Assembly (NCBI GenBank): GCA_036785375.1
Contig: JAWMAR010000029.1
Location: 11,222,001 to 11,286,000, forward strand
Length of the DNA: 64,000 nucleotides
Reading direction: 5' to 3'
Origin: Leucoraja ocellata
Lineage: Eukaryota
This document shows, one piece after another, positions 57,101 to 64,000 of this stretch (its first letter is position 1; every line of letters begins with the position of its first letter). The position numbers and the translations under genes are program-made. The notes under the pieces were generated by a model. The model was not told the origin of the DNA. It worked only from the letters and a program-made list of their open reading frames with translations, and searched no databases.

Positions 57101-60100
57101 GGGATCAATTTACTATTGGAAAGTCTGGAAATCAGCAAACAGGGGGACAGGAAGAGGGTGGCTAAGCAAAGTGTGAGTTGTTATTATAGTCTGTGTTATA
57201 ATCAGCTCCACTCATAATTCAGTAGCTAATATTCACAAATATGTTTTTACAATTGCCTCATACTTACAAAAGGAATCAGGGCAGGTGAATCGTATTCTGT
57301 AATCTTGACATGAGCGATCACGTTGGTTGGTGTTCACACAAAAGAATCCAGTAGAAACGTTGCAACTGTTGAGTAGAATGTAGGGGCATATGATAAAGTT
57401 GTTGATAAAACCTCTGATGCACTTTAAATGAAATAATAAAAGTGCTATAATATGGCTGGCTCTATTTTGTACCTGGCAATGTTCTCTCCAGTCTGTGAGG
57501 CCGGAATCCCTGACGTTGTCTCCACCTCACAGGCGATTGGATCCGTGCAGATCTGACCGGGATTCTCAGTTCGCAGATTGGGGAAGATTTCATAATCTCC
57601 ATTTCCTGATGGGTTATCACGGTCAAACCACGCAGTTTTGCAATTCCCCACTGAAGAAGAGCAGAAAGAGAAAGTAGATTCAAAGTGAACATTGGGTCTG
57701 ATGGATTGACTCAACATGTTGCAGCAAATTAGCTCGGCAGGTCGCATCTCTAGAGGGAAGAAATAGGTGACGGTTCATGTCGAGACCCTTCCTCAAACTG
57801 AGAGACCGGTGAGAGAGAAATTAGAGGTTTGAAAATGTACAGAACAAATCAGAGCCTGCACTAATGGCCAAAGAGCCCACATGGTTCATTGTTGACTTTG
57901 GAGGAGGTAATAACGAGGGGATACAAACAGTAAAACTAGTAGGATGATTGCAGCAGGTGAGGGATGGAAAGAGAGGGAATGCAAGAGTTATTCCTTTGTT
58001 GAAGAGAGGGGCAAAGATGATCACAAAAATGACAGGCCTTTACGATGAATTAACACCACACATGAAGTTGGGTACTGTAGTTGCCTTCTAACACATAAAT
58101 CTGAATATCAGAAAAGAAAGTAAGAATTAGGAACAGGAGTCAGACATATGGCCATTTGAACTAGCAATCTTCTATTTCAGGTCCATTTTCCAGCACAATC
58201 TACATATCCTTTAACGTCCAGAAAACTACCAATCACTTCTGAAAGTCCTCGAATGCTCGCTGGAGTGAAGAATGACAAAAATACACCACCTTCTGAATGA
58301 AACAACTTATCGTATTTCAATTCCAAAATATCTTCCTCTTATGTTGAGACAGTGGTGCATGCACCTGCAGTCCAAAGGGACAGAGATGACTTTCCATTCT
58401 ACAATCATTAGAGAAAAAGTTTCTAGTCTGAAGATGGGTCCCGACTCAAAACACCACCTATTCATGATCGCAGAGATGATGCCTGACATGATCAGTTACT
58501 CCAGCACTTCATTTCTTATTTTGAAATCCAGTACCTGCTGTACTTTGTATTACTAATCCTTGCCATTTCTTCTCATGTGGCTAAATCACAATTTCTGTTA
58601 TCTATCCCGTGAATCTGTTTTACATTCCCTCCATGGCATGGACACATTTTATTTCTCTAACAAAATGATAACTACAAGCAACTCTCGACGTTCAGTCGCA
58701 CTGAAGCACAGATAACCAGTTATGCCAGTGTTTTAACTTAGTTATTATGTACCGGACATTAAAACATACTGTATGAAACTCATAAGAGCTTTCATATTAC
58801 TGTTAACATTGCCCTCTTTATAATGGGATCGATATACTCACCGGGAGGTTCGGTAGCACCACCTAAAAGGAGAAACAAACAATTCAGTTAATTATCATTT
58901 GAAACATGTTCAGATTTAAAGATTGTCAGCAAATATCTGCCCCATCTGTGCAAGAGTCTGCACACCACAAGTTGGCCTCATCAACCACAACAGAACTCAT
59001 AGAACCAGAGAAGAGACATGCCACCCTCCATCCAAAGGGACTGTCAAAGAAGGAGGGCTGTTTAAGATGGGGATGAATTTACTATTGGAAGTCATCATAT
59101 TGGAACTAAAAATGTACAGAACAAATCAGAGCCTGCACTAATGGCCAAAGAGCCCACATGGTTCATTGTTGACTTTGGAGGAGGTAATAACGAGGGGATA
59201 CAAACAGTAAAACTAGTAGGATGATTGCAGCAGGTGAGGGATGGAGAGAGAGGGAATGCAAGGGTTACTCCTTTGTTCAAGAGAGGGGCAAAGATGATCA
59301 CAAAAATGACAGGCCTTTACGATGAATTAACACCACACATGAAGTTGGGTACTGTAGTTGCCTTCTAACACATCAATCAGAATATCAGAAAAGAAAGAAA
59401 GAATTAGGAGCAGGAGTCAGACATGTGGCCATTTGAACTAGCAATCTTCTATTTCAGGTCCATATTCCAGCACTATCAACATATCTTTTAACGTCCAGAA
59501 AACTAACAATCACTTCTGAATGTCCTCGAATGCTCTCTGGAATCAAGAATGTCAAAAATACACCACCTTCTGAGTGAAACAACTAATCGTATTTCAATCC
59601 CAAAATATCTTCCTCTCATGCTGAGACAGTGGTGCATGCACCTGAAGTCAAAGGGACAGAGATGTCTTTCCATTCTACAATCCCTGGAGAAACATGTTCT
59701 AGTCTGAAGAAAGGTCCCGACTCGAAATATCACCTATTCATGATCCCAGAGATGATGCCTGACATGATCAGTTACTCCAGCACTTTATTTCTTATTTTGT
59801 AATCCAGTATCAAATCACAATTTCTGTTACCTATCCCGTCAATCTGTTTTGCATTCCCTCCATGGCATGAACACATTTTGTTTCCTTAAGAAGATGATAA
59901 CTACAAGCAACTCTTGAAGTTCAGTCGCATAGAAGCGCCTATAATCTGTTGTGGCAGTTTTTTAACTTGTTTATTATGTAGTGGACATTTAAACGCACCG
60001 GATGAAGTTCATAAGAGCTTTCATATTACTGTTAACATTGCCCTCTTTATAATGGGATCGATATACTCACCAGGAGGTTCGGTAACACCACCTAAAAGGA

Positions 60101-63100
60101 GAAACAAACAATTCAGTTAATTATCGTTTGAAACATCTTCAGATTTAAAGATTGTCAGCAAATATCTGCCCCATCTGTGCAAGAGTCTTCACACCACACG
60201 TTGGCCTCATCAACCACATCAGAACTCATAGAACCAGAGAAGAGACATGCCACCCTCCATCCAAAGGGACTGTCAAAGAAGGAGGGCTGTTTAAGGTGGG
60301 GATGAAATTACTATTGGAAAGTCTGGAAATCAGCAAACTGAGGGACATGAAGAGGGCGGCTAAGCAAAAGGTGAGTAGTTATTACAGTCTGTGTAATACA
60401 CAGCTTCACTCATAATTCAGGAGCTAATATTCACAAATGATATTTTACAATCGCCTAATACTCACAAAAGAAATCAGGGCAGGTGAATCGTATTCTGTAA
60501 TCTTGACATGAGCCATCACGTTGGTTGATGTTCACACAAAAGAATCCAGTAGAAACGTTGCAACTGTTGAGTAGAATGTAGGGAGGTGTGATAAAGTAGT
60601 TGATAAAACTACTGATGCTCTTTGAACGAAATAATAAAAGTGCTATAATATGGCCGGCTCTATATTGTACCTGGCAATGTTCTCTCCAGTCTGTGAGGCC
60701 GGAATCCCTGACGTTGTCTCCACCTCACAGGCGATTGGATCCGTGCAGATCTGACCGGGATTCTCAGTTCGCAGATCGGTGATCGTTTCATAATCTCCAT
60801 TTCCTGATGGGTTATCACGGTCAAACCACGCAGTTTTGCAATTCCCCACTGAAGAGCAGAAAGAGAAAGTAGATTGAAAGTGAACATTGGGTCTGATGGA
60901 TTGACACAAAATTATGGAGCAAATTAATTCCAGGTAGCATCTCTAGAGGTAAGGAATATGTTACCTTTCATGTCGAGACAGAGAGACCTGATCGATTTGC
61001 TAACTGTTGGGCACAACTTACATGAACAATATTTCTCATCAGAACGCATCATATACTCAAGTACATGAGACCGAGTTCCAGCTCCCTCCACCTTGTTCAC
61101 TGTTCTGCCCATCACTTCACTTATTTCTTCTTGCCCCATATTTGCTGATGTTGGTGACTGTTTCCTCTCACTGCTGCCATTGGTCCTGACTCCTTCACAT
61201 CAATCGCCATCCCTCTCTCCTCAATAAAATCCCAACTTTATAAATTACCAGCCTGGTACCATGTCCCAGAATTCCTACGAAATCCATGTCTAGTTTTCCT
61301 GGTCCTCCTCGTGACAATCCCACATTCTGCAATCCTGAATCATGCCTGGCAGAATACTCAAATTACTCTTACGTCAGTCACTTTCCTCAAGTGAACAAGT
61401 GATGTCAGAGGACCGGAGAAACGCAGAAGTTACTCCTTTGTTCAAGAGAGGAGAAAAGATGATCACAGAAATGACAGGCCTTTACGATGAATTAACACCA
61501 CACAAAGTTTTTATGAGTACTCTAGTTACCTTCTAACAAATAAAACAGAATATCAGAAAAGAAAGTAAGAATTAGGAGCAGGAGTCAGAGACGACTTCCC
61601 ATTCTACAATCCCTAGAGAAAAAGGTTCTAGTCTGAAGATGGGTCCCGAATCGAAACAGGACCTATTCATGATCTCGGAGATGATGCCTGATACGTTCTG
61701 TTATTCCAGCATTTTGTAATCCATATCTGCTGTAGTTTGTATTCCTAGTCTTTGCAATTTCTTCTCATGTGGCAAAATCACAATTTCTGCCACCTTTCCC
61801 ATGAATCTGTTTTGCATTCACTCCATGACATGGACACATTTTGTTTCCTTAATAAGCTGATAACTACAAGCAACTCTTGAGGTTCAGTCGCACTGAAGCG
61901 CCTATAATCTGTTTTAACTTAGTTATTATGTAGCGGACTTTAAAACATACTGTATGAAACTAATAAGAGCTTTCATATTACTGTTAACATTGCCCGCTTT
62001 ATAATGGGATCGATATACTCACCAGGAGGTTCGGTAACACCACCTAAAAGGAGAAACAAACAATTCAGTTAATTATCATTTGAAACATGTTCAGATTTAA
62101 TGATTGTCAGCAGATATCTGCCCCATCTATGCTAAAGTCTGCACACCACACGTTAGCCTCATCAACCTCATCAGAACCAGAGAAGAAACATGCCACACTC
62201 CATCCAAAGGGACTGTCAAAGAAAAAGGAGTGTTTAAGATGGGGATGAATTTACTATTGGAAAGTCTGGAAATCAGCAAACAGGGGGACAGGAAGAGGGT
62301 GGCTAAGCAAAGTGTGAGTTGTTATTACAGTCTGTGTTATAATCAGCTCCACTCATAATTCAGTAGCTAATATTCACAAATATGTTTTTACAATTGCCTC
62401 ATACTTACAAAAGGAATCAGGGCAGGTGAATCGTATTCTGTAATCTTGACATGCGCGATCACGTTGGTTGCTGTTCACACAAAAGAATCCAGTAGAAACA
62501 TTGCAACTGTTGAGTAGAATATAGGGACATATGATAAAGTTGTTGATAAAACCTCTGATGCACTTTAAATGAAATAATAAAAGTGCTATAATATGGCTGG
62601 TTCTATTTTGTACCTGGCAATGTTCTCTCCAGTCTGTGAGGCCGGAATCCCTGACGTTGTCTCCACCTCACAGGCGATTGGATCCGTGCAGATCTGACCG
62701 GGATTCTCAGTTCGCAGATTGGGGAAGATTTCATAATCTCCATTTCCTGATGGGTTATCACGGTCAAACCACGCAGTTTTGCAATTCCCTACTGAAGAGC
62801 AGAAAGAGAAAGTAGATTGAATGTAAACATTGGGTCTGACAGATTGACACAAAATTATGGAGCAAATTAGCTCCAGGTAGCATCTCTCGAGGTAAGGAAT
62901 ATGTTACCTTTCATGTCAAGACAGAGAGACCTGATCGATTTGCTAACCGTTGGGCACAACTTACATGAACAATATTTCTCCTCAGAACGCATCATATACT
63001 CAAGTACATGAGACCGAGTTCCAGCTCCCACCACCTTGTTCACTGTTCTGCCCATCACTTCACTTATTTCTTCTTGCCCCATATTTGCTGATGTTGGTGA

Positions 63101-63999
63101 CTGTTTCCTCTCACTGCTGCCATTGGTCCTGACCCCTTAACATCAATCGCCATCCCTCTCTCCTCAATAAAATCCCAACTTTATAAATTACCAGCCTGGT
63201 ACCATGTCCCAGAATTCCTACGAAATCCATGTCTAGTTTTCCTGGTCCTCCTCGTGACAATCCCACATTCTGCAATCCTGAATCATGCCTGGCAGAATAC
63301 TCAAATTACTCTTACGTGAGTCACTTTCCTCACGTGAACAAGTGATGTCAGAGGACCGGAGAAACGCAGAAGATACTCCTTTGTTCAAGAGAGGGGAAAA
63401 GATGATCACAGAAATGACAGGCCTTTACGATGAATTAACATCACACATGAAGTTTTTACGAGTACTCTAGTTACCTTCTAACAAATAAATCAGAATATCA
63501 GAAAAGAAAGTAAGAATTAGGAGCAGGAGTCAGAGACGACTTCCCATTCTACAATCCCTAGAGAAAAAGTTTCTAGTCTGAAGATGGATCCCAAATCGAA
63601 ACAGGACCTATTCATGATCTTGGAGATGATGCCTGATACGTTCTGTTATTCCAGCATTTTGTAATCCATATCTGCTGTAGTTTGTATTCCTAGTCTTTGC
63701 AATTTCTTCTCATGTGGCTAAATCACAATTTCTGTTACCTTCCCCATGAATCTGTTTCGCATTCCCTCCATGGCATGGACACATTTTGTTTCCTCAATAA
63801 GCTGATAACTACAAGCAACTCTTCAGGTTCAGTCGCACTGAAGCACCTATAATCTGTTATGCCAGTGTTTTAACTTAGTTATTATGTAGCGGACATTAAA
63901 ACATACTGTATGAAACTCATAAGAGCTTTCATATTACTGTTAACATTGCCCTCTTTATAATGGGAGGGATATACTCACCAGGAGGTTCGGTAACACCAC
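15..63999 (-). CDS. Internal part of a multi-exon gene encoding a poly-CysD (Mucin2_WxxW-like / CILP-like domain) tandem-repeat protein; at least 23 complete domains plus one half domain; start and stop lie outside the window
   Basis: Recurrent exons with canonical splice sites and compatible phases (A: 1->2, B: 2->1, microexon: 1->1; 178+98+21=297 nt). The translation matches the WxxW/CysD pattern W-F-D-x-D-x-P-x-G-x-G-D-Y-E...LR...IC-x-x-P...C...GF-x-C-x-N-x-x-Q...C-x-DY-x-IRF-x-C. That this is a single transcript is inferred, since no start or stop exons are seen between units. Confidence 0.85.
386..612 (-). mobile_element. CR1 LINE 3'-end fragment
   Basis: Nearly identical to 15640-15862, which encodes the CR1 ORF2 C-terminus ([18 protein letters not shown]...). 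Confidence 0.8.
640..980 (-). mobile_element. Degenerate tRNA-derived SINE relic
   Basis: Motifs resemble the better-preserved copy at 4455-4765 (gaaatcagagcacc...gggagaatgtaaa...ccacacag...caggatcaaa). Confidence 0.45.
990..1760 (+). mobile_element. Decayed Rex1/Babar-clade LINE 3' portion with an internal deletion
   Basis: Hand translation gives [20 protein letters not shown] and [17 protein letters not shown]...[10 protein letters not shown]...AWHGN, matching Rex1/Babar RT motifs (CNWILDFLTGRP; TGxPQG; KAQQRLYFLRRL...WYGN). Ends in AATAAA plus (gaatct)n. Confidence 0.7.
2062..2228. mobile_element. Short palindromic remnant of two inverted Penelope-type pLTR ends
   Basis: aagatagattcaaaatgctggagtaactcag...gaaggaatgggtga is an imperfect reverse complement of tcacccattccttc...gaattactccaccattttgtgtctatctt; related to 10141-10221. 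Confidence 0.7.
2704..3261 (-). CDS. Divergent CysD unit: exon A 3087-3261, exon B 2704-2801
   Basis: AG/GT ends; exon B encodes [32 protein letters not shown]. Confidence 0.85.
3425..3745 (-). mobile_element. Degenerate SINE relic
   Basis: Similar layout to the 4455-4765 SINE, heavily diverged. Confidence 0.4.
4336..5027 (-). CDS. CysD unit: exon A 4850-5027, exon B 4336-4433 (A-B intron enlarged by a SINE)
   Basis: AG/GT ends; [24 protein letters not shown]... and [32 protein letters not shown]. Confidence 0.85.
4455..4765 (-). mobile_element. tRNA-derived SINE in the A-B intron
   Basis: Minus strand begins ggcgcagttagtagagttgctgcctc (A-box-like), then gtttgatcctgacc (B-box-like), and ends in (ctaaa)n. 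It enlarges the ~107-nt intron to 416 nt. Confidence 0.75.
5137..5237 (-). mobile_element. Solo Penelope pLTR fragment carrying a hammerhead-like core
   Basis: Highly similar to 7803-7898; interrupts the catgaa|caatattt site that is contiguous in other units. Confidence 0.75.
6378..63999 (-). CDS. Set of 30 copies of a 21-nt linker microexon, (C)GVTEPP. Lowest coordinate of each: 6378, 10668, 12279, 14249, 15559, 18755, 19757, 21709, 23669, 26387, 26993, 28150, 32375, 34344, 36289, 38245, 40195, 42139, 43434, 45404, 47376, 49646, 50653, 53618, 55587, 56875, 58842, 60071, 62023, 63979
   Basis: Minus strand reads ttgtttctccttttag|GTGGTGTTACCGAACCTCCTG|gtgagta: a pyrimidine tract plus AG and a consensus donor. 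Phase 1-1, with length 21 kept in all copies. Confidence 0.8.
6758..7141 (-). CDS. CysD unit: exon A 6964-7141, exon B 6758-6855
   Basis: AG/GT ends, open frames; PAGIGDYE and [13 protein letters not shown] variants. Confidence 0.85.
7866..7897 (-). ncRNA. Second copy of the hammerhead-like motif, on the host gene's sense strand
   Basis: Exact reverse complement of the 10127-10158 core. Confidence 0.55.
10127..10158 (+). ncRNA. Minimal hammerhead-ribozyme-like motif in the Penelope pLTR
   Basis: CTGAAGA-A-GGGT(TTCG)GCCC-GAAAC-GTC: CUGANGA box, stem II with UUCG tetraloop, GAAA box, GUC triplet. Stems I and III are rudimentary. Confidence 0.6.
11055..11437 (-). CDS. CysD unit: exon A 11260-11437, exon B 11055-11152
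   Basis: AG/GT ends; [11 protein letters not shown] type. Confidence 0.85.
11488..12252. mobile_element. Old palindromic Penelope-derived element (two inverted 3' ends); fuller copies at ~24490-25310 and ~51475-52295, shorter copy at ~7190-7690
   Basis: Left and right arms are imperfect reverse complements. The right arm contains aaattggagtaacagcacttcatatttt, matching the Penelope 3' end at 9933-9960. Confidence 0.7.
12368..12495 (+). mobile_element. RTE-clade LINE 3'-end relic, present in essentially every cassette (representative copy)
   Basis: [21 protein letters not shown] resembles the C-terminal CxxC...GLxSHxRxH motif of RTE ORFs, followed by an aagaagg-type tail; broken by stops in many copies. 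Confidence 0.55.
12675..13057 (-). CDS. CysD unit: exon A 12880-13057, exon B 12675-12772
   Basis: AG/GT ends; [11 protein letters not shown] type; 107-nt intron. Confidence 0.85.
14637..15019 (-). CDS. CysD unit: exon A 14842-15019, exon B 14637-14734
   Basis: AG/GT ends; [11 protein letters not shown] type. Confidence 0.85.
15635..16912 (-). mobile_element. 5'-truncated CR1 LINE with an internal segment replaced by foreign sequence
   Basis: RT motifs [29 protein letters not shown] (aagtttgcggatgac on the minus strand), [15 protein letters not shown] and C-terminal [10 protein letters not shown]...VVNLWNSLP. Short ctatg-type tail; agatta on both flanks is a possible short TSD. Confidence 0.9.
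16041..16281 (+). repeat. Polypurine (G/GA) low-complexity tract
   Basis: Almost pure G/A, with long G runs and (GA)n. Confidence 0.95.
17110..17492 (-). CDS. CysD unit: exon A 17315-17492, exon B 17110-17207
   Basis: AG/GT ends; [11 protein letters not shown] type. Confidence 0.85.
17840..17935 (+). mobile_element. Tiny CR1 ORF2 relic embedded in the cassette intron (representative copy)
   Basis: [15 protein letters not shown] resembles the CR1 motif EDWRxANVTPLFKKG. Confidence 0.5.
20153..20535 (-). CDS. CysD unit: exon A 20358-20535, exon B 20153-20250
   Basis: AG/GT ends; [11 protein letters not shown] type. Confidence 0.85.
22095..22477 (-). CDS. CysD unit: exon A 22300-22477, exon B 22095-22192
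   Basis: AG/GT ends; [11 protein letters not shown] type. Confidence 0.85.
24057..24439 (-). CDS. CysD unit: exon A 24262-24439, exon B 24057-24154
   Basis: AG/GT ends; [11 protein letters not shown] type. Confidence 0.85.
28545..28927 (-). CDS. CysD unit: exon A 28750-28927, exon B 28545-28642
   Basis: AG/GT ends; [11 protein letters not shown] type. Confidence 0.85.
29571..32074 (+). mobile_element. Young 5'-truncated L2-clade LINE with open ORF2 (29591-31885: end of APE endonuclease + RT)
   Basis: GHTLDLV...SDH (APE end), [23 protein letters not shown]...[74 protein letters not shown] plus (TTA)n tail. Interrupts the cctttacgat|gaattaacacc site of other units. Confidence 0.93.
32770..33152 (-). 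CDS. CysD unit: exon A 32975-33152, exon B 32770-32867
   Basis: AG/GT ends; [11 protein letters not shown] type. Confidence 0.85.
34732..35114 (-). CDS. CysD unit: exon A 34937-35114, exon B 34732-34829
   Basis: AG/GT ends; [11 protein letters not shown] type. Confidence 0.85.
36684..37066 (-). CDS. CysD unit: exon A 36889-37066, exon B 36684-36781
   Basis: AG/GT ends; [11 protein letters not shown] type. Confidence 0.85.
38640..39021 (-). CDS. CysD unit: exon A 38844-39021, exon B 38640-38737
   Basis: AG/GT ends; [11 protein letters not shown] type. Confidence 0.85.
40581..40963 (-). CDS. CysD unit: exon A 40786-40963, exon B 40581-40678
   Basis: AG/GT ends; [11 protein letters not shown] type. 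Confidence 0.85.
43830..44212 (-). CDS. CysD unit: exon A 44035-44212, exon B 43830-43927
   Basis: AG/GT ends; [11 protein letters not shown] variant. Confidence 0.85.
45795..46177 (-). CDS. CysD unit: exon A 46000-46177, exon B 45795-45892
   Basis: AG/GT ends; [11 protein letters not shown] type. Confidence 0.85.
51041..51423 (-). CDS. CysD unit: exon A 51246-51423, exon B 51041-51138
   Basis: AG/GT ends; [11 protein letters not shown] type. Confidence 0.85.
54013..54395 (-). CDS. CysD unit: exon A 54218-54395, exon B 54013-54110
   Basis: AG/GT ends; GKCKTAW variant. Confidence 0.85.
57268..57650 (-). CDS. CysD unit: exon A 57473-57650, exon B 57268-57365
   Basis: AG/GT ends; [11 protein letters not shown] type. 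Confidence 0.85.
60466..60848 (-). CDS. CysD unit: exon A 60671-60848, exon B 60466-60563
   Basis: AG/GT ends; [11 protein letters not shown] variant. Confidence 0.85.
62409..62791 (-). CDS. CysD unit: exon A 62614-62791, exon B 62409-62506
   Basis: AG/GT ends; [11 protein letters not shown] type. Confidence 0.85.
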
Positions 64000-64000
64000 C

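Larger units (their letters stand above)
5028..64000. repeat. Tandem array of the ~1.9-2.0 kb exon+intron cassette with deletion variants and higher-order blocks
   Basis: Near-identical intron sequence recurs in every unit. Exon spacing is typically ~1.94-1.97 kb (e.g. 32975, 34937, 36889, 38844, 40786). Confidence 0.95.

Noticed and set aside
6378-63999. Regularly recurring short conserved motif resembling a CRISPR repeat or recombination signal array
   Set aside because: Spacing is 0.6-4 kb, the spacers are homologous to each other, and the context is eukaryotic. The motif is explained by splice sites plus the microexon, and no RSS heptamer-nonamer pairs were seen.
15-63999. Assigning a symbol such as CILP, MUC2 or MUC5AC
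   Set aside because: None of the other defining domains (TSP1/Ig, VWD, long PTS, CK) is visible in the window. Only the shared domain family can be supported.

Overview
Eukaryotic vertebrate genomic DNA. The repeat content (CR1, Penelope, tRNA-SINE types) looks like a cartilaginous fish, probably a skate or ray; this is inference. The whole window lies inside one minus-strand gene, with both ends outside the window. The gene is a tandem array of a three-exon cassette: exon A (178 nt, or 175 nt in the two most 3' copies), exon B (98 nt) and a 21-nt microexon. Spliced by hand they give a 99-aa, 8-Cys repeat of the mucin CysD / Mucin2_WxxW (CILP-like) family: [100 protein letters not shown] count 24 A exons, 23 B exons and 30 microexons. 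All have GT-AG ends (the last microexon's acceptor runs off the window) and I saw no stops or frameshifts. Eight microexons are surplus: their domain exons were deleted but they were kept, which predicts linkers of one, two or three GVTEPP units. The introns hold a Penelope-like element with an inverted pLTR, a 15-bp TSD and hammerhead-like cores, a young 5'-truncated L2 LINE with an open 764-aa ORF, and CR1, Rex1/Babar, RTE and SINE relics. Most ORFs in the supplied track are spurious translations of the repeated intron.
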